Positions 9,035 to 17,530 of a DNA stretch of 64,000 nucleotides are shown piece after piece. Source of the stretch: Candidatus Vogelbacteria bacterium (GTDB taxonomy: Bacteria; Patescibacteriota; Minisyncoccia; Phycocordibacterales; XYD1-FULL-46-19); contig CAIRHC010000010.1 of NCBI GenBank assembly GCA_903878275.1, positions 1,604-65,603 on the forward strand, written 5' to 3'. The first letter of the stretch is position 1; the number at the start of each line of letters is the position of its first letter. The notes beneath the pieces are model-generated. The model searched no databases and was not told the DNA's origin. It saw only the letters and a program-made list of their open reading frames with translations. The position numbers and the translations under genes are program-made.

Positions 9035-9502
9035 ATGAATTTTATGATTAACAAAAAAATGGTAGTTTTGAATAATGCTAGAAAAAAAGAGCAAATAGAT
9101 AAAATGAAAAAAATTATGGCCGAAGACATTTGTCCTTTTTGTCCAAAATATTTAACCAAATACCACGATTTTCCAATCGAACGCACTGGTAAATTTTGGT
9201 CGGTTACAAAAAATGATTATCCTTACGACGGCACTGCGATTCATTATCTTTTTATTTACAAAAAACACATCGAGAATATTTCGCAAATTTCAACCCCAGC
9301 TTTCGGTGAATTACTTACTCACTTAAAATGGTTAATTAAAAAATATAAATTACCAGCTGGCGGTTTCGCGATGCGTTTTGGCGATCCTGATTATACGCAA
9401 GCATCAGTCACCCATCTTCACGCCCACTTAATTGTTGGAGAAAAAATAACAACTAATAATAAAAACAAATATTTAAATTTTCCAATTGGTTATCAAAAAT
9501 AA
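9035..9502 (+). CDS. HIT-family (histidine triad) nucleotide hydrolase/transferase
   Basis: HLHAHLIVG (HxHxHxx histidine triad) near the C-terminus. CPFCP zinc-binding motif near the N-terminus. Confidence 0.8.
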   Translation: MNFMINKKMVVLNNARKKEQIDKMKKIMAEDICPFCPKYLTKYHDFPIERTGKFWSVTKNDYPYDGTAIHYLFIYKKHIENISQISTPAFGELLTHLKWLIKKYKLPAGGFAMRFGDPDYTQASVTHLHAHLIVGEKITTNNKNKYLNFPIGYQK

Positions 9503-9539
9503 AAGCCGAGGCGCACATGGCACCTCGGCTTGATAATAA

Positions 9540-10376
9540 CTAAGAACACATTTCGACTTTGATGACTTCGACTCCTTCGGCGATAAAAATATGCCGGGCG
9601 TCAGCAACAGAATAGCCTTCGGCGTAAAAAACTCGCTTCAAGCCAGACATCGCGATTAGGCGTGCGCACTGCGGGCACGGAAAAGTCGTGCAGTAAAGAT
9701 CAGCCCCTTCGGACGACAAACCTTTCCTGGTGCAAAAAGCAATCACTCCTGCTTCGGCGTGGATCGTGCCACAGATTTCGTGATGTTCACCAAAATCAAA
9801 ACAGACACGCTGGTCACCATCGATAAGTGGCGAAAAACCGGTCGGCAAATACTGATTATAACCGACAGCCAGCACGGTATGATCGCGAACAATCGCCGCT
9901 CCGACTTGTCGCCACCAATCAGTTGACCACGAAGCTGTTTTATAGCAAACACCCATCATCTGTCGAGAAAATTCGTTAACGGTAATTACTTGATCTGGCG
10001 ACACCAGTTCTTCACTGGTGACATTTTTCTTGTACCAGCGAGTGAAGCACGAGTGAAATTCCACGCGATAATTCGCGAGAAATTTTTCGGCGAATTCGCT
10101 CATCACTTCGTCGATCGGTAAAATATAGTTCGTCATATGCGACAAAGCCGTCAAACCCAAACGACCCAAAAGTCCAGCTTGAAAACCAAGGGCTTCGAGC
10201 ATTTGTTTTACCTCTTCCGGACGAACCGCGCGCAAATCGTGTTTGAGTTGAGAAAATCCGACCAGGATGTCCTCATCCAAAATCAAGATTGGCGCTTTCT
10301 CTTTTTGCAAAAATTCCAGCAAAGCTCGATGTACCACTGGCACATGAGCAATTATCAACCGAGATGGATCAAACAT
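9540..10376 (-). CDS. dCMP/cytidine deaminase-family protein with a ~125-aa N-terminal extension of unknown function
   Basis: C-terminal half: VGAAIVRDHTVLAVGYNQ...HAEAGVIAF...TTFPCPQCARLIAMSGLKRVFY (HAE and PCxxC zinc ligands of the CDA fold, most like dCMP deaminase ComEB). The N-terminal domain is unassigned. This segment is GC-rich relative to its neighbours. Confidence 0.75.
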   Translation of the reverse strand: MFDPSRLIIAHVPVVHRALLEFLQKEKAPILILDEDILVGFSQLKHDLRAVRPEEVKQMLEALGFQAGLLGRLGLTALSHMTNYILPIDEVMSEFAEKFLANYRVEFHSCFTRWYKKNVTSEELVSPDQVITVNEFSRQMMGVCYKTASWSTDWWRQVGAAIVRDHTVLAVGYNQYLPTGFSPLIDGDQRVCFDFGEHHEICGTIHAEAGVIAFCTRKGLSSEGADLYCTTFPCPQCARLIAMSGLKRVFYAEGYSVADARHIFIAEGVEVIKVEMCS

Positions 10377-10391
10377 TAGAGATCTCCTTTC

Positions 10392-11018
10392 TTAAAGTTT
10401 TGATTGCTCAATTACTTGACCATTAGCCGCGTCGATCAGATTACCGATCAACCTCTGCACTTCCATCAATTGTTCTATTCCGCCAGCCATCATCATTCGC
10501 TGAATTCGTTTTGTTGTAAAGATTTCCGCTTGCGCCGGCAAGACGACAATTTCTCCACAAAATTCGCGAACCTGCGATAGATATGGCTCTTTGGAATCAG
10601 CCGATGTTTCCGAGACGATAAAAGCGTCTGGCCTCATCACCCGAATAAATTCGATCGGATCTTCCCCTTCGACAAGCGGGTAAATCAGATCAACCGGGCG
10701 AACAAACGAAAGCATTTCGATTCGTTCTGCCAATGGTACCACTGGTCGATGGATATTATCCGGTTTACGCTGGCGTACCACTTCATCCGAATCCACTTCG
10801 ACGATACTGATGTGCCCTTTCGCACGCATCGCGTCAAGATATCGTCCGTGACCAATATGGAATAAATCCCACACGCCAGTCGTCGACGAAATCAAATAAC
10901 CAGATTTCCGTAGATACTCAACCACTTCGGCAAGTTCCGCCAAATTTTGAATTACCCGCTCCGAGGTCGAGACTTTCTCGTCCCGAAGAATTTTACCCAA
11001 ATCAATAAGTGTCATCAC
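10392..11018 (-). CDS. Cytidylyl/adenylyltransferase-like nucleotidyltransferase (RfaE domain II / glycerol-3-P cytidylyltransferase family)
   Basis: GVWDLFHIGHGRYL (HxGH), SIVEVDSDEVVRQRKPDNIHRPVVPLAERIEMLSFVRPVDLIYP and PDAFIVSETS match the RfaE-II / CTP-transferase fold. The gap to the deaminase-like gene is 16 nt, so they are probably co-transcribed. Confidence 0.7.
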   Translation of the reverse strand: MMTLIDLGKILRDEKVSTSERVIQNLAELAEVVEYLRKSGYLISSTTGVWDLFHIGHGRYLDAMRAKGHISIVEVDSDEVVRQRKPDNIHRPVVPLAERIEMLSFVRPVDLIYPLVEGEDPIEFIRVMRPDAFIVSETSADSKEPYLSQVREFCGEIVVLPAQAEIFTTKRIQRMMMAGGIEQLMEVQRLIGNLIDAANGQVIEQSKL

Positions 11019-11094
11019 AACCGTCCTTTCCTGTTAAGCCTAAAGTCAATATTACAAGTTCCAAACTTCCTTCGTCTTTATATCATAAAATAGC

Positions 11095-11128
11095 CAAACT
11101 AAAAGCCTTGACGAATCAAGGCTTTTAG
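11095..11128. terminator. Hairpin AAAAGCCTTGA-CGAAT-CAAGGCTTTT
   Basis: 9-bp perfect stem flanked by A/T runs, downstream of rplK. Confidence 0.6.
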
Positions 11129-11140
11129 TTGAAATAATTA

Positions 11141-11563
11141 TTATTTAACTTCAATCCCCATCGAGCGCGCTGTCCCCTCTACCATTCTCATCGCCGCCTC
11201 GACATCTGTCGTGTTCAAATCAGCCATTTTCTTTTCGGCAATTTCTTTAACTTGAGCTTTGGTCACCTTGCCAGCCCGGCTAACCAAGTTTTTACCAGAA
11301 CCTTTGGCAATACCAGCGGCTTTGATCAAAAGGTTGGACGCAGGTGAAGTTTTCAAAGCAAAATCGTAACTTTTATCACCGTAAACATAAATTTCTACCG
11401 GAATTACATCCCCCATCATTTGCGCCGTGGCAGCATTAAATTTCTGCACAAAATCACCGATATTAATACCAGCTTGTCCCAAAGCTGGACCAACTGGTGG
11501 AGCGGGAGTGGCTTTACCACCGACGATCTGTAATTTAATTTTCTTTTCTATTTTTTTAGCCAT
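11141..11563 (-). CDS. rplK: 50S ribosomal protein L11
   Basis: [35 protein letters not shown]... is the L11 signature. Start placed at ATG 11563 (L11-like N-terminus), shorter than the track ORF. No rplA follows downstream. Confidence 0.9.
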   Translation of the reverse strand: MAKKIEKKIKLQIVGGKATPAPPVGPALGQAGINIGDFVQKFNAATAQMMGDVIPVEIYVYGDKSYDFALKTSPASNLLIKAAGIAKGSGKNLVSRAGKVTKAQVKEIAEKKMADLNTTDVEAAMRMVEGTARSMGIEVK

Positions 11564-11620
11564 AAATTTGTTTAACCTTGCTATCCTATAATATAAAGCA
11601 GTTTTTTTCAACCTTTAAAA

Positions 11621-12166
11621 TCAAATCCTTTTAACCTGCAAAAAGTCCAACTCAACTGGTGTTTCGCGACCAAACATCGAGACCAACACTTTGACCTTGC
11701 CCCGATCTTCGTCGATTTCACTGACTTTGCCTTCAAAATCCTTAAACGGACCGTCAGCAATCTGCACCGACTCGCCAATAACCAATTCAATCTTATGTTT
11801 GACGCTATCACTATCCATTCGGGAAAATAACTCCTCCACTTCTTTGCTGTCTAGTGGCACCGGAATAACACCCGAGCCGATAAAACCAGTTACCCGGGGT
11901 GTATTTCGCACGACATACCAAGAATCATCAGTCACCACCATATCCACCAAAACATAACCAGGATAAATCTTTTCCTCGATGGTGTTTCTTTTACCGCCTT
12001 TAATTTTAACCTTCTTTTCGGTTGGCACAATCACGTTAAAAATCTTATCTTCCATTCCCAAAGACTCAATACGCTGTTTTAAGTTGCGGGCGACCGCATT
12101 TTCGTAGCCTGAATAAGTATGAATTGCATACCAATTTCGGCCCTGTTCTAGTTCTTGTCTAGCCAT
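11621..12166 (-). CDS. nusG: Transcription termination/antitermination factor NusG
   Basis: NGN domain (WYAIHTYSGYENAV) and C-terminal KOW (GESVQIADGPFKDFEGKV). Confidence 0.93.
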   Translation of the reverse strand: MARQELEQGRNWYAIHTYSGYENAVARNLKQRIESLGMEDKIFNVIVPTEKKVKIKGGKRNTIEEKIYPGYVLVDMVVTDDSWYVVRNTPRVTGFIGSGVIPVPLDSKEVEELFSRMDSDSVKHKIELVIGESVQIADGPFKDFEGKVSEIDEDRGKVKVLVSMFGRETPVELDFLQVKRI

Positions 12167-12178
12167 AATTTTTTATAA

Positions 12179-12364
12179 TTATTTTACAATTAAGTTTTCT
12201 AAGCCGAGACGAAAGACGAAATCAAAAACCCCGAGCATCACGCCGACAGTAATCGACAAAGCAATAACCAAGACGGTAAAATTGGTGGTCTCTTTTTTGG
12301 TCGGCCAGCTCACGTGCTTCATCTCGCCCTTTGTTTCTTTTACATAATCAGTTAATTTTGACAT
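12179..12364 (-). CDS. secE: Preprotein translocase subunit SecE
   Basis: 61-aa single-TM protein, KETKGEMKHVSWPTKKET..., in the conserved secE-nusG-rplK order. Confidence 0.85.
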   Translation of the reverse strand: MSKLTDYVKETKGEMKHVSWPTKKETTNFTVLVIALSITVGVMLGVFDFVFRLGLENLIVK

Positions 12365-12387
12365 AGCTTTATTTTATACTATTTTCT

Positions 12388-12412
12388 TGTATTTAAAAAA
12401 GCCCCGCGGGGC
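12388..12412 (-). terminator. Terminator GCCCCGCGGGGC with T-run (on the minus strand) after the rsuA/rluB-like gene
   Basis: 6-bp GC stem with AAAAAA on the plus-strand side, i.e. a U-tract for the minus-strand transcript. Confidence 0.55.
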
Positions 12413-12469
12413 AATCTATCTATACCAGTATTCTACGCTTCAAGTGGAAATAAGTCAAATCCGATCAAT

Positions 12470-13192
12470 TTATACAGACAGCCCAAGTTTTGCCAAAAAT
12501 TCCGCCCTGATTTTACCATCCAAAAACCGGGTATTTCCGACCGGCAAATTGTCGAGATTAATATTTAAAATTCGTACCCGCTTCAGCTCTTTGACTTGGA
12601 AACCGAGGGCGACACACATTCGACGAATTTGATGCTTTTTACCTTCGGTCAAAGTAATACGAAACTTATGATCGTCTATTTTTCTCGTTTGACAACGCTT
12701 GGTTTTATAACCTTCAATCGCCACGCCATTTTCCATAATGCGCAAGAAAAAATCGGTGACTTTTTTATCAACAGTGACTTCGTATTCTTTATCGTGAATA
12801 TTTTTCGGATTAAGTAAACGATCAGTTACTCGACCATCATTGGTTAAAATAAGTAAACCCGACGAATCTTTGTCGAGGCGACCGACCGGAAAAATTCCGA
12901 CAGGAATTTTTCCGGCTTTTGTCACTCCAGTCTCTTCCCCACGCGGTTTATTGTAAGCCAAATAAACCAAATCATCCGTCTCACTTTCATTCTCATTTTT
13001 ATTTTTACTATGCCGAGACGCCACCTCCACCACATCAGTTTCTAAAATTTTTTCACCCAATTTTGCCACTCGCCCATTGATCGTCACTCGTCCTTTTTCA
13101 ATCAAAGCGTCAGCACCAACGCGCGTCGAAAAACCTTTGTGCGCCAGATATTTATTTATCCGCATCGGATATTTTTGGTCTTCGTTATTCAT
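12470..13192 (-). CDS. RsuA/RluB-family pseudouridine synthase (S4 domain plus catalytic domain)
   Basis: N-terminal S4-like region (MRINKYLAHKGFSTRVGADALIEKGRVTING). Catalytic GRLDKDSSGLLILTNDG and TEGKKHQIRRM motifs. Confidence 0.85.
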   Translation of the reverse strand: MNNEDQKYPMRINKYLAHKGFSTRVGADALIEKGRVTINGRVAKLGEKILETDVVEVASRHSKNKNENESETDDLVYLAYNKPRGEETGVTKAGKIPVGIFPVGRLDKDSSGLLILTNDGRVTDRLLNPKNIHDKEYEVTVDKKVTDFFLRIMENGVAIEGYKTKRCQTRKIDDHKFRITLTEGKKHQIRRMCVALGFQVKELKRVRILNINLDNLPVGNTRFLDGKIRAEFLAKLGLSV

Positions 13193-13214
13193 TTTTTAAC
13201 TTTTTTAAGACCGA

Positions 13215-13682
13215 TTAGCGAATCCCCGCCGGCAAATGTTCTTCTTTTAACATTTGAATTTTTTTCAAATGAAGAACCAAGCTCGCCGTAATTAAGAAAA
13301 ATCCAGCAAAAGACATCAGCGGAATAGTAATAAAACCAAACAAAGCAAACTCCTGAATCGTGCAAGGCAATTGTATCGAACAAACCACTAAATCAGCTGG
13401 GGCGATATGCCAGACCAAAAGATTATGATAAGTCGCCACGACCAAACCCAAAATCGAAAACGGCAAAGCATAGTAATGAATCCAGCGATCTTTTTTCCAG
13501 ATGCCAACCGTCAAAATCAGCACCAGCGGATACATCAAGCCACGCTGAATAATACACAACGAGCAGGGCGGTAAATTCATAAACTGGCTAAAATACAAAC
13601 TACCCAAAACTCCAGCCCAAACCACCGCATAAGCCGAGTAGATAAAACATTTGACCGGCACTTTTTGTAAAAAATTTAGCAT
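13215..13682 (-). CDS. DsbB/BdbC-family disulfide bond formation protein
   Basis: Four-TM protein with PCSLCIIQR (CxxC in the first periplasmic loop), similar to Bacillus BdbC. Start moved to ATG 13682 (MLNFLQ...) to avoid overlapping the divergent gene. Confidence 0.7.
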   Translation of the reverse strand: MLNFLQKVPVKCFIYSAYAVVWAGVLGSLYFSQFMNLPPCSLCIIQRGLMYPLVLILTVGIWKKDRWIHYYALPFSILGLVVATYHNLLVWHIAPADLVVCSIQLPCTIQEFALFGFITIPLMSFAGFFLITASLVLHLKKIQMLKEEHLPAGIR

Positions 13683-13709
13683 TAGTCTATTATAGCAATA
13701 AATATTCAT

Positions 13710-14393
13710 ATGAGGAAAGTTGCTATTTTTGATGTTGATGGAACCATCTTTCGCTCAAGTCTTTTGATTGAGCTGGTGGAAGCTTTGATTAAGGCTGAAG
13801 TTTTTCCGAAAAATGCTCGCGCCCACTATGAACTTCCCTATCGCCAGTGGCTCGACCGCGAAGGCAGTTATGAAGATTACATCAATGCGGTCGTTGAAGT
13901 TTTTGTAAAAAATATCAAAGGCGTTTTTTATGGCGACTTCGCCGAAGTCAGCAAAAAATTGATTAAGGAAAAAAAGAAAATGGTTTATCGTTACACGCGA
14001 GACTTGATCATTGATTTAAAAAATAAAGATTATTTTTTGCTCGCCGTCTCACAATCACCAAAAGGCATTTTAGATGGTTTTTGTAATGAGCTCGGCTTCG
14101 ACAAAGTCTATGGTCGTTTTTACGAACTTGGTCCGGGCGATGAATTTACCGGCAAAATTATCGACGAACATCTAATTATGAACAAAGCGAATATTATCAA
14201 GCGAGTTTTGGAAAAAGAAAATTTGTCGCTAAAAAACTCGATTGCCATCGGCGACACCGATAGTGACATTCCAATGCTTGAAATAGTAGAAAAACCAATT
14301 TGTTTTAATCCCAACCAAAAACTCTATAAATACGCCAAACTAAACGGCTGGAAAATTGTCGTCGAAAGGAAGGATGTGATTTATGAAATTTAA
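13710..14393 (+). CDS. HAD-IB family hydrolase, phosphoserine-phosphatase-like
   Basis: FDVDGTIF (motif I) and GDTDSDIPML (motif IV). Confidence 0.8.
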   Translation: MRKVAIFDVDGTIFRSSLLIELVEALIKAEVFPKNARAHYELPYRQWLDREGSYEDYINAVVEVFVKNIKGVFYGDFAEVSKKLIKEKKKMVYRYTRDLIIDLKNKDYFLLAVSQSPKGILDGFCNELGFDKVYGRFYELGPGDEFTGKIIDEHLIMNKANIIKRVLEKENLSLKNSIAIGDTDSDIPMLEIVEKPICFNPNQKLYKYAKLNGWKIVVERKDVIYEI

Positions 14394-14448
14394 ACTTTAA
14401 GTTTCGAGTTTATTCTGCTATTCTGACCATGGAAAGGAGGTGATTTTG

Positions 14449-14853
14449 ATGGAAATCAAACACCGTGCACCCCGAATGGTCGGGGTTAAGAAAAAGAAAA
14501 TTCGAACCTTGCCCGAAAATACGACGACTCTCGCCCTTACCTACCTTAATCGAAAATTAGACGAAAAAGGTAAAAATGGTAAGGTGGTCACGGTTTTGAC
14601 CTACAACGAAGCGAGTCGGCGAATTGCTTGTTATGGTGAAAAAATCGATGATGGTCGGATATTTTCCGTGTTGAATCTCAATACGACAAGACGAATTTCT
14701 CATCCACATTGGCATCGTCTGTGCCACTGGAGTCAGGGTTTCTTTATCCCACTCTCCGCTTTTCTAAAAAAAGAAACGCTTGACTGGGTCGCGCTTGTCG
14801 GTATCGGCATTTCTCATGATACCGACCTTGAGGTGATTCCCTTTCGCCGATGA
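14449..14853 (+). CDS. Hypothetical protein (~134 aa)
   Basis: SD GGAAAGGAGGTGA 6 nt upstream of ATG at 14449. Terminator follows. His/Trp-rich C-terminal half (HPHWHRLCHW). No assignable domain. Confidence 0.5.
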   Translation: MEIKHRAPRMVGVKKKKIRTLPENTTTLALTYLNRKLDEKGKNGKVVTVLTYNEASRRIACYGEKIDDGRIFSVLNLNTTRRISHPHWHRLCHWSQGFFIPLSAFLKKETLDWVALVGIGISHDTDLEVIPFRR

Positions 14854-14869
14854 GGGTATGCCCTCGCTG

Positions 14870-14905
14870 GGGCACGTCTCGCCAACGTGCCCTTTTTTAT
14901 TTTTT
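14870..14905. terminator. Bidirectional terminator GGGCACGT-CTCGCCA-ACGTGCCC plus TTTTTTATTTTTT
   Basis: 8-bp stem and long T-run between convergent genes. Confidence 0.8.
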
Positions 14906-15496
14906 AATTTTATTTTTTCGACTTTGCCAAATTTGAAAAAGTCCCGGCAAAAGTGAGATCACAATAATAAAAATAATAATCGGCAAAAGATATTTATCAA
15001 CATCAGGAATTATTTGTCCCAAAAAATAACCGAGTAAGGTAATGCCGACCGACCAAAGAAAACCACCGACAATATTATAAATAAAAAAAATCGAGTAATT
15101 CATCCGCGCCACGCCAGCCACAATCGGCGTAAACGTCCGCACAAAAGGCACAAAGCGCGCAAGGATTAAACTTTTACCACCGTGTTTTTCAAAAAAAGTA
15201 TGAGCTTCTGCCACATAAGCTTTTTTAAAAAAACGAGAGTCTTCTTTTTTAAAAATCAGCGGACCGGTTTTTTTGCCAAACCAATAACCGACATTGTCCC
15301 CTAGCACCGCGCCAACAAATAAAATCGCACACAAAAAATAAATATTTAAAAAACCTTGTGACGCCAAAAAACCGGCAGTAAAAATCAAACTATCTCCCGG
15401 CAAGAAAAAACCAAAAAATAATCCGGATTCAGCAAAGACAATTCCGAACAAACCGAGATAACCAGCGGTTTTAATTATCCACAGCAAATCAAACAT
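14897..15496 (-). CDS. DedA/SNARE-associated family membrane protein
   Basis: Polytopic membrane protein with GFFLPGDSLIFTAGFLA and GKSLILARFVPFVRTFTP, typical of DedA. Start placed at ATG 15496 (~199 aa) rather than the 15592 start that would overlap the divergent small ORF. Confidence 0.72.
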   Translation of the reverse strand: MFDLLWIIKTAGYLGLFGIVFAESGLFFGFFLPGDSLIFTAGFLASQGFLNIYFLCAILFVGAVLGDNVGYWFGKKTGPLIFKKEDSRFFKKAYVAEAHTFFEKHGGKSLILARFVPFVRTFTPIVAGVARMNYSIFFIYNIVGGFLWSVGITLLGYFLGQIIPDVDKYLLPIIIFIIVISLLPGLFQIWQSRKNKIKK

Positions 15497-15580
15497 CCCT
15501 TTAAATATACCGCAAAAAAGCCATTTGCCCAAATGACCTAATTCCTGTAATAATGAATTACGGAAAGGAGGAACTGGCAA

Positions 15581-15814
15581 ATGGACACTCAACTCGTCGG
15601 TTTCAGCTCGGCAAAATGGTTCCTTGTTTATTATGATCCGATCACCTGTTCAGAGACAACGGTGTCTCTGTCCGTTAAATCAAATGCCGAAAACGATATC
15701 TTGTCGGCGGCTCAAGTCGCCTATCACGACAAATGCGACATCGTCGGCAAAAGGCGGATAACAAATACTCGCCTAATCAGGGAAATCCCCCTTAATGGCG
15801 AACTTACCGGGTGA
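15581..15814 (+). CDS. Hypothetical small protein (77 aa)
   Basis: Strong SD GGAAAGGAGGAA 8 nt upstream. Followed by a 12-bp hairpin terminator. Confidence 0.45.
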   Translation: MDTQLVGFSSAKWFLVYYDPITCSETTVSLSVKSNAENDILSAAQVAYHDKCDIVGKRRITNTRLIREIPLNGELTG

Positions 15815-15829
15815 TGGAACAAGAAACTG

Positions 15830-15868
15830 CCGGAGCAACGACATAGTCGTTGCTCCGGTTATTTTTTT
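15830..15868. terminator. Bidirectional terminator CCGGAGCAACGA-CATAG-TCGTTGCTCCGG plus TTATTTTTTT
   Basis: 12-bp perfect stem. Separates the small ORF (+) from the Pif1-like helicase (-). Confidence 0.85.
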
Positions 15869-15874
15869 AAAAAT

Positions 15875-17485
15875 TTACCAATCTTCTTCGATTAAGCCGA
15901 GTTTAATCAACCGAGCTTTGATGGCACCGTTTTTCCGACCAAAAGTTTTAGCCAAATCATCGACTGGATTGCCATCATTAAATAATTCTTTCAATTTTTC
16001 GTCTTCTTGCTCACTCCACGAGCGATAAGCGTTGGGATAAGTTTCGCGAATTTTGGCGAAACCGTCGCCAGCTTCCCCGCGGGCGCTAGCGCCCGCGGGG
16101 CTTTTTTGGTTTTTTTTCTTTTTTATTTTACTGCCACCACAAATCGTCACAAAATTTTCGTGCATTTTAGCTAATCCTGTTTTGGGAATTTCACCAAAAG
16201 TTTGTTCGGCATCGATCGAATCAGTCCGAAAATCTTGATCTCTCTCCAAAATCACCGGATGAACTTTAAAAGCTTTTTCATTCCAACCAAGCAAATGCAA
16301 ACCGGACAATCTTCTAACTCGCGACAAGGCGACATACCCTTGTCCAAATTCAAACACCGAACCCAAATCAATTATAGCTTCGTCCAAACTTAAACCCTGA
16401 CTTTTGTGAACCGTAATCGCCCAAGCCAACCGCAACGGCAATTGCGAAATCCGTGCCTTAACTTTTCCATTTTCTTCAATCACCCACTCCATCGGTTCAA
16501 CTAAAATTTGTCGCCCATTTCGTGCCCGGACAATAGGCTTTCGTCCAATCTCACCAAAACCCTCCACCACTCCAAGTGTCCCATTAACAAAACCTTCTTT
16601 TTGATTATTTTTGGTAAACATCACAGTTGCTCCAATTTTTAGACTCAATTTTTCTGGCGACAAACAACCTTTTTTAAGTGCCGTAACCAGCGCTTCCGGT
16701 CCATGCTCCATCATAAAAAAATTTTGACTGACTCCGCCCAACTTATTTAAGGTCTCATCGTTCACCGTATCAACATTGAAATTATGAGAAAAAAGTTTTG
16801 GTATATCAGCCGGAATTCTAGCTTTTTCAATTTTTCGAGAAGTTAAATATTCCAAATGTTCTTCGCTAAAATCATTTCGTCGAATCGCCGACAAAACATC
16901 CAAAAAATTTTTATCGTCCTGACGATACTGCTCGGTCAAATAACAAATGATTGGTTGCAACCTTTTCCAAACTGGCGCGTCACAAGCAAACAGAGCTTTC
17001 GGTTCATCCATTAAAGTCGCTTGCATTTCTTCATCCCGATCAATTTTTACAATCGGCGGTAATTGAAAAAAATCACCGACCAAGATAATCTGCATTCCAC
17101 CAAAAGGAGCCGAATCATCTTTGATCTCCCGACAAACAGCATCAACCATCGAAAGAGTGTCAGCGGAAAGCATCGATACCTCATCAATAATTAAAACTTT
17201 TGTTCGACGAATTCTTTTTGACAAATACTCGGTCGTCCCTATTTTATCAAGATCATATTTGGACAGACTTCTTTTTATGCCGATACCACTCCAAGAATGA
17301 ATCGTCATTCCACCAATGTGCGTCGCCGCAATGCCAGTCGAAGCGGTAATGGCAGGTTCGATTCCGCAATCACGCAAATAAGCCACAAACTCGTTGATCG
17401 TATGAGTTTTACCCGAACCAGGCTCACCAGTCAAAAAGACGTTGGCGCCAGTTTTTAAAATATCCAGAGCTTGCTTCTGTGTCAT
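15875..17485 (-). CDS. Pif1/RecD-family SF1B DNA helicase with a C-terminal helix-turn-helix domain
   Basis: Walker A GEPGSGKTH, Walker B LIIDEVSM, QLPPIV, TVHKSQGLSLD, GQGYVALSRV. The C-terminal ~60 aa (YRSWSEQEDEKLKELFNDGNPVDDLAKTFGRKNGAIKARLIKLG) is the HTH tail common in bacterial Pif1. Confidence 0.85.
   Translation of the reverse strand: MTQKQALDILKTGANVFLTGEPGSGKTHTINEFVAYLRDCGIEPAITASTGIAATHIGGMTIHSWSGIGIKRSLSKYDLDKIGTTEYLSKRIRRTKVLIIDEVSMLSADTLSMVDAVCREIKDDSAPFGGMQIILVGDFFQLPPIVKIDRDEEMQATLMDEPKALFACDAPVWKRLQPIICYLTEQYRQDDKNFLDVLSAIRRNDFSEEHLEYLTSRKIEKARIPADIPKLFSHNFNVDTVNDETLNKLGGVSQNFFMMEHGPEALVTALKKGCLSPEKLSLKIGATVMFTKNNQKEGFVNGTLGVVEGFGEIGRKPIVRARNGRQILVEPMEWVIEENGKVKARISQLPLRLAWAITVHKSQGLSLDEAIIDLGSVFEFGQGYVALSRVRRLSGLHLLGWNEKAFKVHPVILERDQDFRTDSIDAEQTFGEIPKTGLAKMHENFVTICGGSKIKKKKNQKSPAGASARGEAGDGFAKIRETYPNAYRSWSEQEDEKLKELFNDGNPVDDLAKTFGRKNGAIKARLIKLGLIEEDW
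16075..16100. repeat. Perfect 26-nt palindrome CCCCGCGGGCGCTAGCGCCCGCGGGG plus T-run, embedded in frame inside the helicase CDS
   Basis: It lies in the linker between the helicase core and the C-terminal HTH, encoding KKNQKSPAGASARGEAGDG. It has the same architecture as the terminator palindromes at 3319 and 30064, with 3 compensatory changes. Confidence 0.8.
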
Positions 17486-17530
17486 TCGGATATTCTAACA
17501 CGCCAAAATTAAATTTGCTCAAAAATTAAA

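Noticed and set aside
13189-13383. Track ORF of 64 aa overlapping the 3' end of the rsuA-like and dsbB-like genes
   Set aside because: It lies entirely within or over better-supported genes on the same strand in another frame. No SD.
15496-15592. Longer start (15592) for the DedA-family gene
   Set aside because: It would overlap the SD and start of the divergent small ORF at 15581. A DedA-length protein (~199 aa) results from ATG 15496. The longer form cannot be excluded.
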